DNA from: Vicugna vicugna
Taxonomy: Eukaryota
Assembly: GCA_013265495.1 (NCBI GenBank)
Contig: MU058718.1
Coordinates: 1,488,001-1,552,000 of the forward strand
DNA length: 64,000 nucleotides
Direction: 5' to 3'
The position numbers and the translations under genes were made by a program. Shown here piece by piece: positions 36,731-50,340 of the stretch (position 1 is its first letter; each line of letters begins with the position of its first letter). Below the pieces are notes generated by a model. It was not told the origin of the DNA, searched no databases, and was given only the letters and a program-made list of their open reading frames with translations.

Positions 36731-39403
36731 TGTTCTAGCATGTTCCATCTACTGTGTCACCATTTTATGTGTGTTTAGTCTCCCTAGTGAGAGCGTGATT
36801 CCTTTAGGGGCAAGAACAGGACCATGGACTTCTTCAGATTGTCCTCAACAAAGCCCAGGATGGTGCTAGGGACTAAAATGCTAACCATAAATATGGATTT
36901 AATTGTATTAAAAAGAAAGCAAACAAGTCAAAAATGTTTACTCCAGGAAGAGTAGTTTAGAGATTAATATTACTGATTTTCAAGACATGTTTCCTAGACA
37001 GAAACATCTAAGAAGCAAACAATAGCTGATCTAAATATGCAGCCTTAATTCCCCTGATCCAGCAACAAAAAGACAAAATTTTTAAAAATTTTAACTGGAA
37101 AAATCAAGACGTTATAAAGTATCTTCCGTGTAAACCCATTTATTATCTGTGGATATCTTTAGGACAAATGCAATTCAAAGGTAGGAAATGAGGAAGGATG
37201 GAACAAAAGATCCTCCTTTTGCATTCTTGCCAAAGAGGCAGGTGGTTTATAAGCTTGTCTTCTGAAGGGAGTTGGTAAGTGCAAAGCACAATTATCGTGA
37301 CACCTGCTACCTCAGCCAGCTTGGTCGTGAAACATGTTAACAGCATGTAACATGATGCAAGTTTTGGGGGGCAAAGAGAACAAAAAATGCAGTGTCTTAT
37401 CCAGGTGAAATTGCTGGAGAATTCTGGGTTGGTAGATTGCTCAAGTTGGATTTTTGCCAAATTACTGAAGTTAAGCTGCCTAAATGGGTAGAAAAAGCTG
37501 CTGGATCTTTACTGACCAGGGAAGATAAAAACTCCATGTTGTATTTCAGTAGACAGCCAGCCCTTCCAGCAGTGGCCCCTGACACCAAGGCTGGCACAGG
37601 CCTGGTTCAGAAGAAAAGAGTGCCAGCATGTTGAATCACCAAATGATTTCCTAGAGCAGATTTTTCTTGGATGCCTCCCAGGCAGTTTCATCAAGGCATG
37701 GACCCTATTTCATTTATGAATTCACAGTCCTAAGTGATGTCTATATGAATATTCAGAGAAGGGATTAAAGGAAGAGCCATGAATATTTTTAATATATCAA
37801 GGCAATAAAGAAAAATAGGCTTCTAGGGCTGGAGTGCTGAAATCAACACCATCATGAACCTTATATATTGCTCTGGCCACGTTCGCCATTTCTAGTAACT
37901 GTCCATCCCATGCTCCTACATCTAATATCCCTATCTTATTTTAGAAAGCTGGTTAAAGCTGTTTGCTAATGGAAACTCTGGCAGCACCTTCAATGAGACG
38001 ACTTTTGTAAGTTTACATCTGTTGGATCCTATCTGTTCTTCCAGTTCCCAAGTATGTAAATAACAGAGTGCCCAGTACTTGGTAGGCACACCGTGTATGT
38101 CGTTAAACTCTTGGTTCATTTCACTGCACCACAGCCTAGTGTGAGAATTCCTCTCCTAAAACCTCCCTAAGCTCATTCCCCACTTTCATTCAGTTGTTCC
38201 TTTCTATAATTCCTGTAGCATCTTTTCCCCAAGATGATTCCCCTATGGAAGGATATTTTGGTGAAGCATCCTCTGTTTCAGCTACAGCAGCCAAAAATCC
38301 AACTCAAACATCTATCCACAGGGAGAATCCTAAGGTTGTCCAGCAGTTCGCATCTTCCTGTTTAACCATATCCACTTCCTCATAACTAAGTCTCAAAAAA
38401 AAAAAAAATCCTGTATGTGTGGTTCTCCTCCATTTCTCAAATTGCAGTATTTCTCTAAGTGCTTGTATCTGCAGAGAACAGAGACCAATTTCCTTATCCA
38501 CCATAGTGCATCCCCACCATATTTTAATTGTCTTCAAGGAGTTTAGAGTGAAGAATCCTGAACTAGGAATTGGAAAAACTAGGTTCTATAATTCAGTGAA
38601 GGAAACCACTTAACTTTTGTCTCATTTCCAAATAGGGAATTAAGATCCCTAGCCTAATTATCTTTTGATAGCAAGGGCTAGAATCTTTAATATATTTGAA
38701 AATGCATAAAAGATATGAATTATGCAAATAAAAATATAAAAACATACAGGCAATTTCAAACAATTTCAAAAATGTTAGTTGGTTTAAAGTATGGAGTTAC
38801 TTTTCTGGTCAACACAAATTTATACCTTTAAATGGCCATATCAGTCATATTCAAATTAAAAGAGCCTTTTACTCTTTTACTCTTCAAAACATTTAAGAGT
38901 ATTGCCCTAGAAAGGTAAACACTGTAATAGGTCTTTGAAGTAGGAACAGGTTCTGCTGCCTTTCTCCCTCACTCCAGCCCCTTCAAAGCCATCAAAGCAA
39001 TGTTCTTAAAGTGTGAATTTCTTACAAGTAGCTTCTAATGGATTCACCCTTCACTCTGTTCCTCGCTAATCAGAGGTAACCTGACTTTTACATTCCTAAT
39101 TATGCCTCTTTCAAAGAGCATTAAGGCTAATATTGGTTCTAAATGGTCCTAAATGCGTCTCTGCTTTTGACCTGGGCTGCTCTGACCATCATACATCCTG
39201 ATATTAGAGCAATCCTAAGGACAGTGTGTCCCAAGGGCACCTGGATGGTAGGGTTTTTTTTTTCAGGGTCACTTCCTTTCCTTTTCCCTCAACTACCTGC
39301 GGTATGTTCCCTAAATGATTTCCTTAGACTCCTCCCCACAAAAGATCAAAGTTTTCAAAGGCTCACCCTTGTCTGAAGGATTTTCAAATTTAATACACCT
39401 TAA

Positions 39404-39430
39404 AACAACAAACAAACAAACAAACAAAAC
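39404..39430. repeat. (CAAA)n microsatellite
   Basis: aaacaacaaacaaacaaacaaacaaaac. Confidence 0.85.
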
Positions 39431-39439
39431 CCAAACCTT

Positions 39440-39590
39440 TGGGGGATATTCTTAAAAATGAAGATCCCTAGGTCTCATGTCCCAGATATTTTAATCCAGT
39501 GGGATGAGGCCAGGGATGTGTATTTTAAATAAGCAACCTAACTGGTTTACAGATGTTGGTGATCTGCCTTTTGAGAAACCCTGTGCTACA
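39440..39590. mobile_element. MER5-like hAT fragment
   Basis: 'ttaaaaatgaagatccctaggtc...tgaggccagggatgtgtattttaaataagc...ttttgagaaaccctg'. Confidence 0.6.
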
Positions 39591-39664
39591 GTATAATGTC
39601 TATCCAGAACCCAACTAACTTTCCAGGCTTATTCCCCACAGTAACTACCAAGTCCCAGCCTAAA

Positions 39665-39713
39665 TGTGTGCGTGCACGCTTGTGCACGCGCACATGCACG
39701 CACACACCCACAC
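39665..39713. repeat. Alternating purine-pyrimidine tract (TG/CG/CA)
   Basis: tgtgtgcgtgcacgcttgtgcacgcgcacatgcacgcacacacccacaca. Confidence 0.85.
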
Positions 39714-40399
39714 AATGGGCCACAGAGGATGATGCAGTTCCCGCGTGTGGGCTCTCCTCCCTGTCCCCTCAGTCGCGAGTGTCCCTCTCTGTTCCCCCTG
39801 CCACAGGGAATCTGGATGTTTTCAAGGTCTTGCCCAGACACCAGTTCTAAAGCCTGTCCTGATATCCCACTTAGAATTCTTCCCTTGAAGTTTCTGAAGA
39901 AGCAGTTTATACATCATTTAACCCTTACTGGAATGTTTCTTGCATTACATTGATTTTTCAGCCGATCAGTGTTCATTAGTAAACTGAAATACTTGGAGGT
40001 ATCATACCTAATTTATCTTCTTAGTCCCAGTAGAGAACATAGCTGTGAACATAATCATTGCTGAATAAATGTTTGTAAAATGAAACTTACTTTAATTATT
40101 TCTATTAGATATAGTTAAAGTTAGTTAAGTATCTCTCCTGTCTTTCTTTAGAATATTGAGGTAGAGACCATCTCTGATGTAGATATAGTAATACACAGCC
40201 CAGCTAGCCAAAAATATATATTGCTATTCTGCATTTTGAAAGGGCCGTTTACCCTGTTTGGGCAACTCTGGGCTCCAGAATTTCTCCCATAATAGGCTAT
40301 AAATACAAGTATCTAAATATAAAAGACTGGTTAGGATTGTTCTTTAATGAGGAACTTATAAGGATGCCAAAATGTTTACTTGGAAATTAAATAATCCAA

Positions 40400-41090
40400 T
40401 AGTAATAAAACCCTTTGGACTTATCAAATGAGCAAACTACTAAAAGGATTGATAACATCATATATTACTAAGGAGATGGGGGAACTGAACACTGTCATAT
40501 ACGGTGGGTGTGTAAGCTAGAACAGCAGTTCTGGAGAACAATCTGATAGCTTCTATTAAGAGACAAAATGCAGGGACTCACTGACCTAGTAATTCTATTG
40601 TTTTGTAATCATCCCTGGAGAAATTCACACATGAATACACAAAAATACTCATTGCAGCATTGACTGTAAAAGATCTATCTATAAAGGGATATGCAAATAA
40701 ATACATGTGGTCACGCTCTTGGATATTATGCAGCAGTTAATTAAAAGAGACATCTACATATATTGATATGGAAAACTTTTGTTGAGTTTAAAACAAAAGT
40801 TGTAGCACCTATATTGTACAATACTCTATACTTCTTTAAGTTGATACTGAAAGTTCAATAAGATAATATTTACATTGAACTGCCGTTCAGAGGTAAACCT
40901 ATGCATTAAAAGATGTAGAAAAACATAACCCAAACTGATGCCATGAGTTACCCCTCCTAAGGAGATGAGTGGAATGAGCATCTTGTTGGGGGAGGGGACA
41001 GCCAAGAGTGGACTCTTCTTTATTTGTATTGTCTGAGTGTATTTTGAATGAGCTTGTATCCATATATGACTAGCATTATGGAAATGTTTT
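40400..41090 (+). mobile_element. Old LINE-1 (L1ME-like) 3' fragment
   Basis: 'gttctggagaacaatctgatag', 'tgacctagtaattcta', 'ctcattgcagcattg', 'ggatattatgcagcagttaa'. Confidence 0.6.
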
Positions 41091-41464
41091 ACGTACATGA
41101 CTTGTGCTAGAAAATGACAAATACATTCTAGCACATATTTGGTACAGTAGGATACTCTGTTATATGATTATCTTACTATATAGATGCTATGTAGTTAGCT
41201 TAAAGCTGCAGTTTCCAAAGGATGTGCAGAGATTCTGATGCTAATTGCCAATTTCCTTCCACAAAAGGCTGACACCGACACTTAAGTGGCCTGTTGAAAA
41301 CAGAAATCTCTGTTTTGTCTGGTTACACTCACTCTCTTCCTGTTTCCATGGGTCCTCTTCTCAGTGTCCTCATGCCTGCATGTGACACTTGCCCTGTGTT
41401 ATCATTCTCCTCTCCCGGGACTGATGACAAATCACAGAAGCCCTTACTCTCTACAGCTGCTTAT

Positions 41465-41975
41465 GGACTCCTCAGAGTCCTCCAGAGAAACAAACCAAGA
41501 GCCTATATACAGACATACAGAAAGAGATTTAGTAGGAGGAGTTGGCTCACATCGTTAGGAAAGCTGAGAAGCCCCAATGCTTGCCGTCTGCAAGCTGGAG
41601 GCCCAGGAAGGCCAGTGTAATTTCAGTCCAAACGCAGAGGCCTGAGAACCAGGGGAGCCAAGGGTGGAAGTCCTGGGCTGAGTCTGAAGGCCCGGGAACC
41701 AGAAGCATCCATGTCTGTGGGCAGAAGAAGATGGTTGTCCTCACTCAAGCAGAGAGCAAATTCTCCCACGTTGCACCTTTTGGTTCCATTCAGGCCCTCT
41801 GTGGATTGGATCATACCCACTTGCGTTGGCGAGGGTGCTCTCCTTTAACCCAGCTACAGATTCAGGTGTGAATCTCATCCAGAAACACCCTCACAGACAC
41901 ACGGAGAAACAATGTTTTACCAGCTCTGCGGGTATCCTTTACCCTAGTCAAGTGGACACACAAAATTCACCACAC
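41465..41975. mobile_element. MLT2B-like (ERVL) solo LTR
   Basis: 'ctccagagaaacaaaccaa...ttggctcac...gctgagaag...tctgcaagctggaggcccaggaaggccagtg...ctcatccagaaacaccctcacagacac...gtcaagtggacacacaaaattcaccacaca'. Confidence 0.88.
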
Positions 41976-42706
41976 AGAGGAGCCCACAGCTTTGTATATT
42001 TACCGGGAGTGGCTACACAGCACTGCAGCTCATGCTCACTAACATGAGCTAAATTAGGCGCTGCTTCTAGGCACTATGTCCTCTGCTCCCCAGAGAAAGA
42101 GAGTATTTTAAACTCCCTTTTCCTGGAAAAGTCACCATGATTGGGGGTTCAAGTAAAATGGACTCTGCTCCCCCTTTCCTCCTACCTCTGGAAAAAAACA
42201 TCAAGTTTACATATCCTGTGTTTTTGTGAGACCTGGGGCTTACACAGTGTTGGGAAGCTTGGCTTAAGGGATCAGCTCACCCTTTGAGCTCAGGGTAAGA
42301 TGATATGATGCTCATCTCACAGATGAGAACAAGGCAGGAGTAACTTCATCAAAAGGAAAATCTTGGTGCACTTGGCAGGAGAAGAGAAGAACAGAGGCCG
42401 GGGAGAGTGGTATCAACACTGAACATGTGTCTACTACACCTGCTAAGTGTTATTCCTGTCTAGGTGAGAGAATCTAAATCTTTGATATAGCAATCTGTTC
42501 ATGTACATTCAGCTAAAAATAGCAAATAAAACTGTTGGCCCCTCACTCCCTCTCGACTTCCTAAATAAGAGGGAAATAATCGAATATTTATGTGCAATTT
42601 AGAAAATCCTAATAAGAAATACTATATTTAGTTACTATGTATATGGGTTTTCTTCTCTATAAGAGAACTATGGTCACCTAAGGACCAGAACCCAAAATCC
42701 TCCCTA

Positions 42707-43930
42707 AAGGCAAAGACTGAATCTGTGTGAGAGGAAAATGGGCACCAAAATGATGATCCAAAGGTTGGAGAGTTGATGGTCTTTCCATTCTTTATAGAGA
42801 TTTCTATGTCAGTCAGACTGTACCCAGGCATACCTCTATCCTATGTATTTTTTAATTTTTCTTATACAAATACTTTCTATAATTTAATCAAGACTTTATT
42901 GAATTGCCAAAAGCATAGCTATCTTTGGAATTGTTCAAACGTTGTGAAGGATTGAAATGTGTTAAATCTTAACATGTCTGAGTTCAAGTTTATTACATTT
43001 GTTGCCAATAATGTACCCCAAATCTGAGACCGAGAATAGAATATTGTGCCCTTGTGTACTGGTGAACCAGGTGTGGGTCTGAAGTTTCATCACACTTAAC
43101 AGCAACAACAAAATGTTTAGCTTGAAGAAAAAAAAAAAAAAAAAGTAAGAATTTTATTTTTCATATGTCAACAGAAGACTAATTTGGAATATTGTTTGTG
43201 ATGATGGTCAGTTTATCATTAAAAAAAAANNNNNNNNNNNNNNNNNNNNNNNNNNNNNNNNNNNNNNNNNNNNNNNNNNNNNNNNNNNNNNNNNNNNNNN
43301 NNNNNNNNNNNNNNNNNNNNNNNNNNNNNNNNNNNNNNNNNNNNNNNNNNNNNNNNNNNNNNNNNNNNNNNNNNNNNNNNNNNNNNNNNNNNNNNNNNNN
43401 NNNNNNNNAAGGCAAAGACTGAATCTGTGTGAGAGGAAAATGGGCACCAAAATGATGATCCAAAGGTTGGAGAGTTGATGGTCTTTCCATTCTTTATAGA
43501 GATTTCTATGTCAGTCAGACTGTACCCAGGCATACCTCTATCCTATGTATTTTTTAATTTTTCTTATACAAATACTTTCTATAATTTAATCAAGACTTTA
43601 TTGAATTGCCAAAAGCATAGCTATCTTTGGAATTGTTCAAACGTTGTGAAGGATTGAAATGTGTTAAATCTTAACATGTCTGAGTTCAAGTTTATTACAT
43701 TTGTTGCCAATAATGTACCCCAAATCTGAGACCGAGAATAGAATATTGTGCCCTTGTGTACTGGTGAACCAGGTGTGGGTCTGAAGATTCATCACACTTA
43801 ACAGCAACAACAAAATGTTTAGCTTGAAGAAAAAAAAACAAAAAAGTAAGAATTTTATTTTTCATATGTCAACAGAAGACTTATTTGGAATATTGTTTGT
43901 GATGATGGTCAGTTTATCATTAAAAAAAAA
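42707..43930 (+). repeat. 523-bp near-identical direct duplication (42707-43229 and 43409-43930) flanking a gap
   Basis: Identical ORF translations at an offset of 702; only three local differences seen. Confidence 0.95.
43230..43408. other. Assembly gap, 179 N
   Basis: Run of n characters. Confidence 1.
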
Positions 43931-43949
43931 AGGCTGTTTAACGTGCTTT

Positions 43950-44110
43950 TAAATGGAGCATTGGAGTGGGGAGAAAGAAATTTGAGTTCTAGTCTAAGCT
44001 CTGTTACTAACCAGCTGTTTGACCTTGAGCAAGTCACTTTACAGTTCTGGGTTTCACTTTCCTTATGGGCACTGTGTCCAGGTTGGCAGAGATTATCTTT
44101 ATGAGTTTCC
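43950..44110. mobile_element. MIR
   Basis: 'ctctgttactaaccagctgtttgaccttgagcaagtcacttt...ctgggtttcactttcct'. Confidence 0.75.
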
Positions 44111-47100
44111 AGTGCTGGATTTATTAGAATTTTGTGAAATGAACATACTAAGTCGAGGGCTCCATTTACCTAAATATCTGAAATGGAACATTGCCATCCA
44201 TTTCCCTCGTAGGAAATTGATATCAGATGATGGAGATAGAAGGTTTGTAGGACAATCCTGGGTTTTACAAACAAATTTCCATGTACCCCTTTCATTTGCG
44301 ATTACCTTAAGGAAAGCAATTCCCTTTACACTTTTCTTCAAAAATAACAAGCTGTGTTTGAAATGCCGGTATACCCCATTTATTCCACTCTCCAACCCAA
44401 ACACGAAAACATTTGTACTTATGTTATGACTTCACCTGGTGGCTTTCATTTTCCCCAACATAAAGACAGGGTGAAGCAAAGTAATAGAAAAATAGAAAAC
44501 ATCTTTGTCGGAAAATGAGATTGCAGCTGTGTCACTGGAGCACACAACCATAAATCAGAATGTCAAATCCAAAACACATGACTTTTTGCAAGTTCTCCAT
44601 GTGCGCTCTAATGTGATTACAGCCTGGTTGCTATTATGATTTAAAACAAAGTCTTTCATGCTAGAAACAAAATGCGGAATTTGAACCGCCTGGGGGAGAG
44701 AGCTGGGAGCTGGGAGCGACATACCCCTTGCTGTCAGAGAGGTGGGCTACAGTATTTCAGGCACTGGTTTGTCAGGTGTGAGAGAGCAAGAGGATACAAG
44801 AGGAACCTTGGCAGAGGTCTCAACATGAGGGACAAATTAGCCAGCAGTGTTCAGCTCAGCTTGACAATCTGAAATTAGCTTCTTTCTCCCCCCTCCCCAT
44901 CTTTTTTTCCCTCTAAGCAGAATCTTGAAGCCAAATACGAAGATTACAGAAGTCATTCTTTCCTGCCTATCACATAAACAAATGGTCCAGCTGTTATTGC
45001 TAAGATTCCAGTTTTAAACTTGGACTTTCTTGTATAAACTTCAATGTAATGGTATTTAAAGTGTCATAGGCAATAAGCATCTAATCCGACTCAATAAATT
45101 GTAGGCTCATTGCATGAACTCCTAGAGCTGTTAAAGACAGCTGTGCTTTTTTTGTAATTTAAGTCATTTCCAAATTGGGCAGCTCTCCAGGTGTATTTTC
45201 AGACAAACAATGTGTGCTAGAAAAGTGATGTTCAGAGTCTTTCAGCAATGGAATAAACACAAAGGAATAAAAGTGGAGTTCGAAGACGGTGCAAACATCA
45301 TTCCTGATCACCCCAGGAGGGCAGGCATCAAGATTGGGGTGCGGGGAAGCAGTTCTGGTTTCCTTGGACCATTAGAATATGAGCCAGGACATTTTCCCCC
45401 AAGGACCTTTTGCAAGCCCAATTACTTTTGTAACTGGTTGTCGGGTCAGTGCCATAGATGGGTACCCAGATGGAAGATAATAATTTAGTATCTCTCAAAA
45501 TAGAACCATCAACTCCCAGAGCAAAGCCACAACCCTGAAATAGAAAAAGCTCCTCCCATAGCTGATATTTAAAGTGTCAGGGGAACATGGTTTCCACCCT
45601 GTGATGTCATTGAAACAAATCATCATGAGACCATAGGATAAGACAGGATTACAAGAGGTCATTTCAATCCGTGCATTATCTTTAAGAGGACCTACAATAA
45701 AAGCATTTAAAGAAGATTGATTGGTCCTTATTACATATCCAAATCATCATTTAGCATGAAATGAATCCTCGCCATAAGAGCTCTGATGAGTAGGGCAGGG
45801 AGGGTGCTTGTCTGCATCCACTCCAAGCTGAGTATTCGACAGTCAGCTGATGTACCTGAGTAGGAAGAAGCCCACGTTCTTCTGCACCATGCTTAGATGC
45901 TGGTGAGCGGCCACTGCAGATGTCTGCCTCCTGGATCTGACTTCACAGAAGAGGAGTGTAGTTGCAATAGCAGTAGTAGTAGTAGTTTTACTTTGCTGGT
46001 GGTTTTATCCTCAGCGGTCGGTTTGTACCTGCAGCATCTTCTTGCCTACCCTCGTTCTGCCCTGCTGTGAGGTGCTGTGCGTCCTCTCTTGAGCTAAACA
46101 CATCTGATGTCTACCTCACTATCGACAATGCAGAGAAAAGCACAGGCAAAACATAAGTCACAGACCTAGAGCCCACAGTGCATTCCCCTGAGTCCCTCTG
46201 TGGTGGGTTGAACTTCATCATAGACAAACTAGGCCTGAAATGAATCAACACCTCTTTCAGTTGCTGGAACGTAACACAAGCTCACAGGTGGAGGCAATTT
46301 CAGGCAATGACTCAGGCTTGCTTTTGGCCTAGGTGGACAGCTGGGCAGCTACACCTAGTCCCAAAACTCTTAGACATGGCCGTCTGGATCTCTGCCCCCA
46401 CACAGCCCCCAAAGTGACAGTTCTTATGTGGAGGAGAAAATTCCTACTGGAACTTTGAAGCGAGGCTTAATAATTAGCACTTCCCTTCATCCAGGGGTTC
46501 TGATGGTATTCCTACCATCCACCTTTGAGAAAGTTCAGACCTGTCACCTCAGAGGAAAACTTCACCTCAGGCAAAAGCAATGTTCCACTTGCGTCTAGCC
46601 CCATGGGGCCAAACCTCTCAGGCTTTGTTCAGTTTTGAAAGGAAACTCAACAGCTCTGTATAGATTAAATACTGAACCAAAAAATGTCTAGAAACAACTA
46701 ATCTCTCAGTGTCACTTCAAACAAGTAGAGCATACCAGACACATGGTATTTATCAAACAATTTAGTCTCTCAGCCAGCCAACCTTTGGGTCCCATTTCTC
46801 TCACTTAAAAAGTCTCTAAAAGCCTACAAAAATATTGTCAAAGCTTCAAATGATAGTATTCAGAATTTTATTCTCAAGGTAATTTACCCAATACTACAGG
46901 TGGCATTTTTCAATATGTGCATGACTAAAATTCTCCTTAATTTCCATGAAAATATCTTAAGAAGGACATGGCCCATAGAATGGAATGGTGGGTAGATTTT
47001 TTTTTTAAGCTAAAAGCTGGAGAATGAAATTATTGAAACCATCTTCTGTTCTACTTTAATTTTCACCAGCTTTTTGCTAGTTTACTTTAACAAGTAATGT

Positions 47101-47527
47101 TTGATTGAATTCAGGCCTGCTTTTGTTTACAAAATGAACCAGAGCCAGCAAGTCATGGCCTGGCTAATTTGCACATCCAGTGCCTTGGTCTCCTCCCCTT
47201 TAAACAAAAATCTGGAGTTTGTGATTTATTGTTGATTTGGTTAGTTCAAGTGATTTTGATGGTTAAAATCTATTTTCCACCTCATCCTTGAGATTTTCAC
47301 CAAAAGCACCCAATCTATGTCCACTGTACAAGGCAGAATTGATCCCTCTATCCCCAGATAAATGCAAAACATCACTCGTTAATTCCCAAGTTTTCAGATG
47401 CCAACAGCTTTAGTAACTAAACTGACCCATTGGGAGGATGAATGTCTTGAGAGTAAAGCAAAGTGGCCATTCTTGATGACAGCTCTCTGAGTTTTTTTGC
47501 ACCATCCTTTGGTGCCAGTCAGGTAAA

Positions 47528-47690
47528 CCAGTGGTTCTCAAACCCAGCAGAGCATCAGAATCATCTTGGAAGCCCTATTTAAATCCCTTCTTCTAGAAAG
47601 TCTGATTTTAACAGTGTAGTGTGGAATCTGTATGTTCTTGAAGTACTCCCCAAATGGTTCTGGGTATCTACCAAGCTTTGAAACATTGCT
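47528..47690. mobile_element. MER5A-like hAT element
   Basis: 'ccagtggttctcaaacc...gcatcagaatcatcttggaag...actccccaaatggttctg...ccaagctttgaaacattg'. Confidence 0.75.
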
Positions 47691-48159
47691 CAAGTCTTTT
47701 TGCATGTTTAATGTCACCCTGGCCAGCCAATCTCATTTATTCCTCCACTTGAATTCTCTACTGCAGATCTGAAGATCTCTTCTTTTTCTAGGCTGTGAAA
47801 CGTCTGTGGTGTTCCTTGTATAGTCAGGTGAGAGCAAATATGTGGAGGGATTATTGCCCTGCCTCCCTGTTACTCAGATACAAAATCCACACACCTACTA
47901 CTGTTGCAGTTTGCTCTACAAGATCACTACCTAATGCTGGAAACCACCTGACTCTCACATGCCCACAGTCTGGTCTCAGTATTTCACCTCCATTCAATCT
48001 TCCATTGTCCTAATAGCAAGGCAAAACTCATCCCCAGTCTTCTCCACCCCCATGCAGTCTGCTGCCTTTTTGTAATCTACCCATTTTATGGGTTGCTCAC
48101 TTAAATGGAATCTCATTTGAAATAAACAGGGAATTTGCCCAATAATACAGGTATTGGGG

Positions 48160-48660
48160 AATGACTATTAGGTCTGAGAGGGAAGGAACCATGCCAATCC
48201 TGCTTACCTCTGTGTCTGCAAAGCGTAGCCTGGTGTATAGCACATGGTGAATGTTCAATAAATATTTGTTGAAAATACAAATGGATGTCTAAAATTAAAT
48301 ATGCTCTTAGAGACTACTTTAATAAACTATGACTTTTTAGAGTGCCCCATGATTTTAACCATGTAAAATCACAGACTCTTAGGGATGGAAGGGCTGATGA
48401 GGTCATAAAAGTTACAGTCTTTCCAAGATCAGCAGCATGTGATTGGCAAATCTCAGACTAGTGAAGGGTCCAGTGTCTGTTGTTATTTTTTTGGTTTGGC
48501 TTTGTTTTTTAAGTGCTCATCTGTAAAATAATTACTAATGCTTCCTACAGTAGAAGAAGATAAAATATAAGGAGAAGATACCTAAGAAACCTAAAAATAC
48601 CTGAAAGTGTCTTTGACACATTGTAAGCACTTACTAAATTTAAGCTTTTGTTATTTTATT
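48160..48660. mobile_element. L2 3' end and MIR fragments
   Basis: 'gcacatggtgaatgttcaataaatatttgttgaa'; 'ctcatctgtaaaataatt'. Confidence 0.6.
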
Positions 48661-48764
48661 ATTCTGTGCCATGCTCTCTTTCCAAGCCTAATGCCTGATG
48701 TCTAAATCTTCCATAATCTGGCCCAGTTTTGTCAGTCCAACTGTATTTCCCATTATTGGCCTTG

Positions 48765-49458
48765 CAAGGCAATTCTGACACTAGCTACCCAGAGTTAGGT
48801 CAGATTTCACAGGTCAAAGGTGCAGTCCTCCACAGGACTCCTCAAACTTCAGACTCCAGCCACAAGCTCTGGGGTTTTCAGGCCACTTGCACTTCTGACC
48901 AAATGACTATAAATTCAGAGGTTCCCACTACCACCTCAGCTTCCATAATTTACTAGAAGGACCCAGAAAACTCAAGAAGAACTGTATTTATGGTTCTAAA
49001 TCAGGACCAGTCAAATGAAGAGACACATATGGCCCAATCTGGGAGGGTTCCAATGCAAAGCTTCTGCTGTCCTCAGGACCCATCACCCTCCCAGCACACC
49101 AATGTGTATCACTAACCAGGAAGCTCACCTGAGCCACAGGTGTCCATAGTTTTTATTGGGGTTTCATTGCTTAGGTACTGTTGATTGAATCATTGGCCAC
49201 AGGATTGAACTGAATCTCCAGCATCCTTCCTCTCCCTGCAGATCAGGCTGGTATCACATGAGTCAAGTGCTAGTGCTCTAATCACATGGTTGGTCCTTCT
49301 AGAGTAGCTAGCCTTATCCTGAGTCACCTCTTTAGCATAAACTCTGGCATAGTTCTGGGTTCTACCCTGAATAACAAATACACTCATCACTTAGGAAATC
49401 CCAAGGATTTAGAAGTTACTGGCTGGAGTCCAAAGTCTAGCCAAATTCTTATTATACG
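48765..49458. mobile_element. MER21-like LTR
   Basis: 'caattctgacactagctacccagagttaggtcaga...acttcagactccagccacaag...cacttctgacc...ataaattcagaggttcccac...taggaaatcccaaggatttagaag'. Confidence 0.8.
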
Positions 49459-50059
49459 ATGGGCCTCCACTGCAGTATGACTGGTCTTCTCATTGTCCTC
49501 AGGTCACGATCAGTTCTAGGTCAGCTCCTTCTGTGAACATGCCTTAGCACTTTGTTTTTGTTACACTCATCATAGTCTTAATTACTTGTACTTTGTCTTC
49601 CTCATTAGACTGTAAGATCTATAAGGGCAAGGGTCATATCTGTCTTATATTCATTAAATTTGCCCGCTTCCTTATACTGATCCAAGAACACAGTTAATAT
49701 AATTAAATATTTTTTAGTAGATGAATTCCATCTCCTTGCCTTTATTCACAGGTATGGAAAAGACATTTGCAAACCTAAAGCTAGCACCAGGACCATAGTA
49801 GCTGTAGTAGAAGCAGGTACGAATATACATAACAGGATAACCAAGAGAACATCAAAGTCATTGAAAAAAATTCAAAATATATTTGAAACATACTTCATCA
49901 CAAACCCTATTGTGGTTACAAGAGAAAGCTGGAAAGTGTGAGACAAGAGGCACAAAAAATAAGAAAATGTCTATATTTTTCACCCTGAAGGTGCTGATGA
50001 TATTTGTAGGGGAGAAGAGACACTGATTGATTTTCTTCTTTACTTAACTTCTAGTTGAA

Positions 50060-50340
50060 TTTTATCTACCTTTAGCAAGCAGTCATGTTCTAAATAGCAA
50101 AATCACATCAGATCTTCTCTGCTTGAAATCTTTCAGTGGCTCCCCACTGCACTCAGAATAAAATCAAACTCACAACAGTAGCTTTCAGATCCCACATGAT
50201 CTTGCTCTAATTTCTCCTTCTACCTTATCCCTCGTGAAACTTCTTTTCATTCATCGTCAGCCACAAAGACCTTCTTTGAGTTTCCTCTTATTTCAGCTTT
50301 TTCAAAGCCTTTACACATGCTAGGAATATTCATTGTGCTC
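50060..50340 (+). mobile_element. L2 fragment
   Basis: 'ctctgcttgaaatctttcagtggctccccactgcactcagaataaaatcaaactc'. Confidence 0.75.

Noticed and set aside
37075..37092. 18-bp perfect palindrome aaaatttttaaaaatttt
   Set aside because: Low-complexity AT sequence that is expected by chance.
41294..42047. Overlapping ORFs of ~100 aa
   Set aside because: They lie mostly within the non-coding MLT2 LTR.
43179..43533. ORFs containing runs of X
   Set aside because: Artefacts of translating through the N gap.
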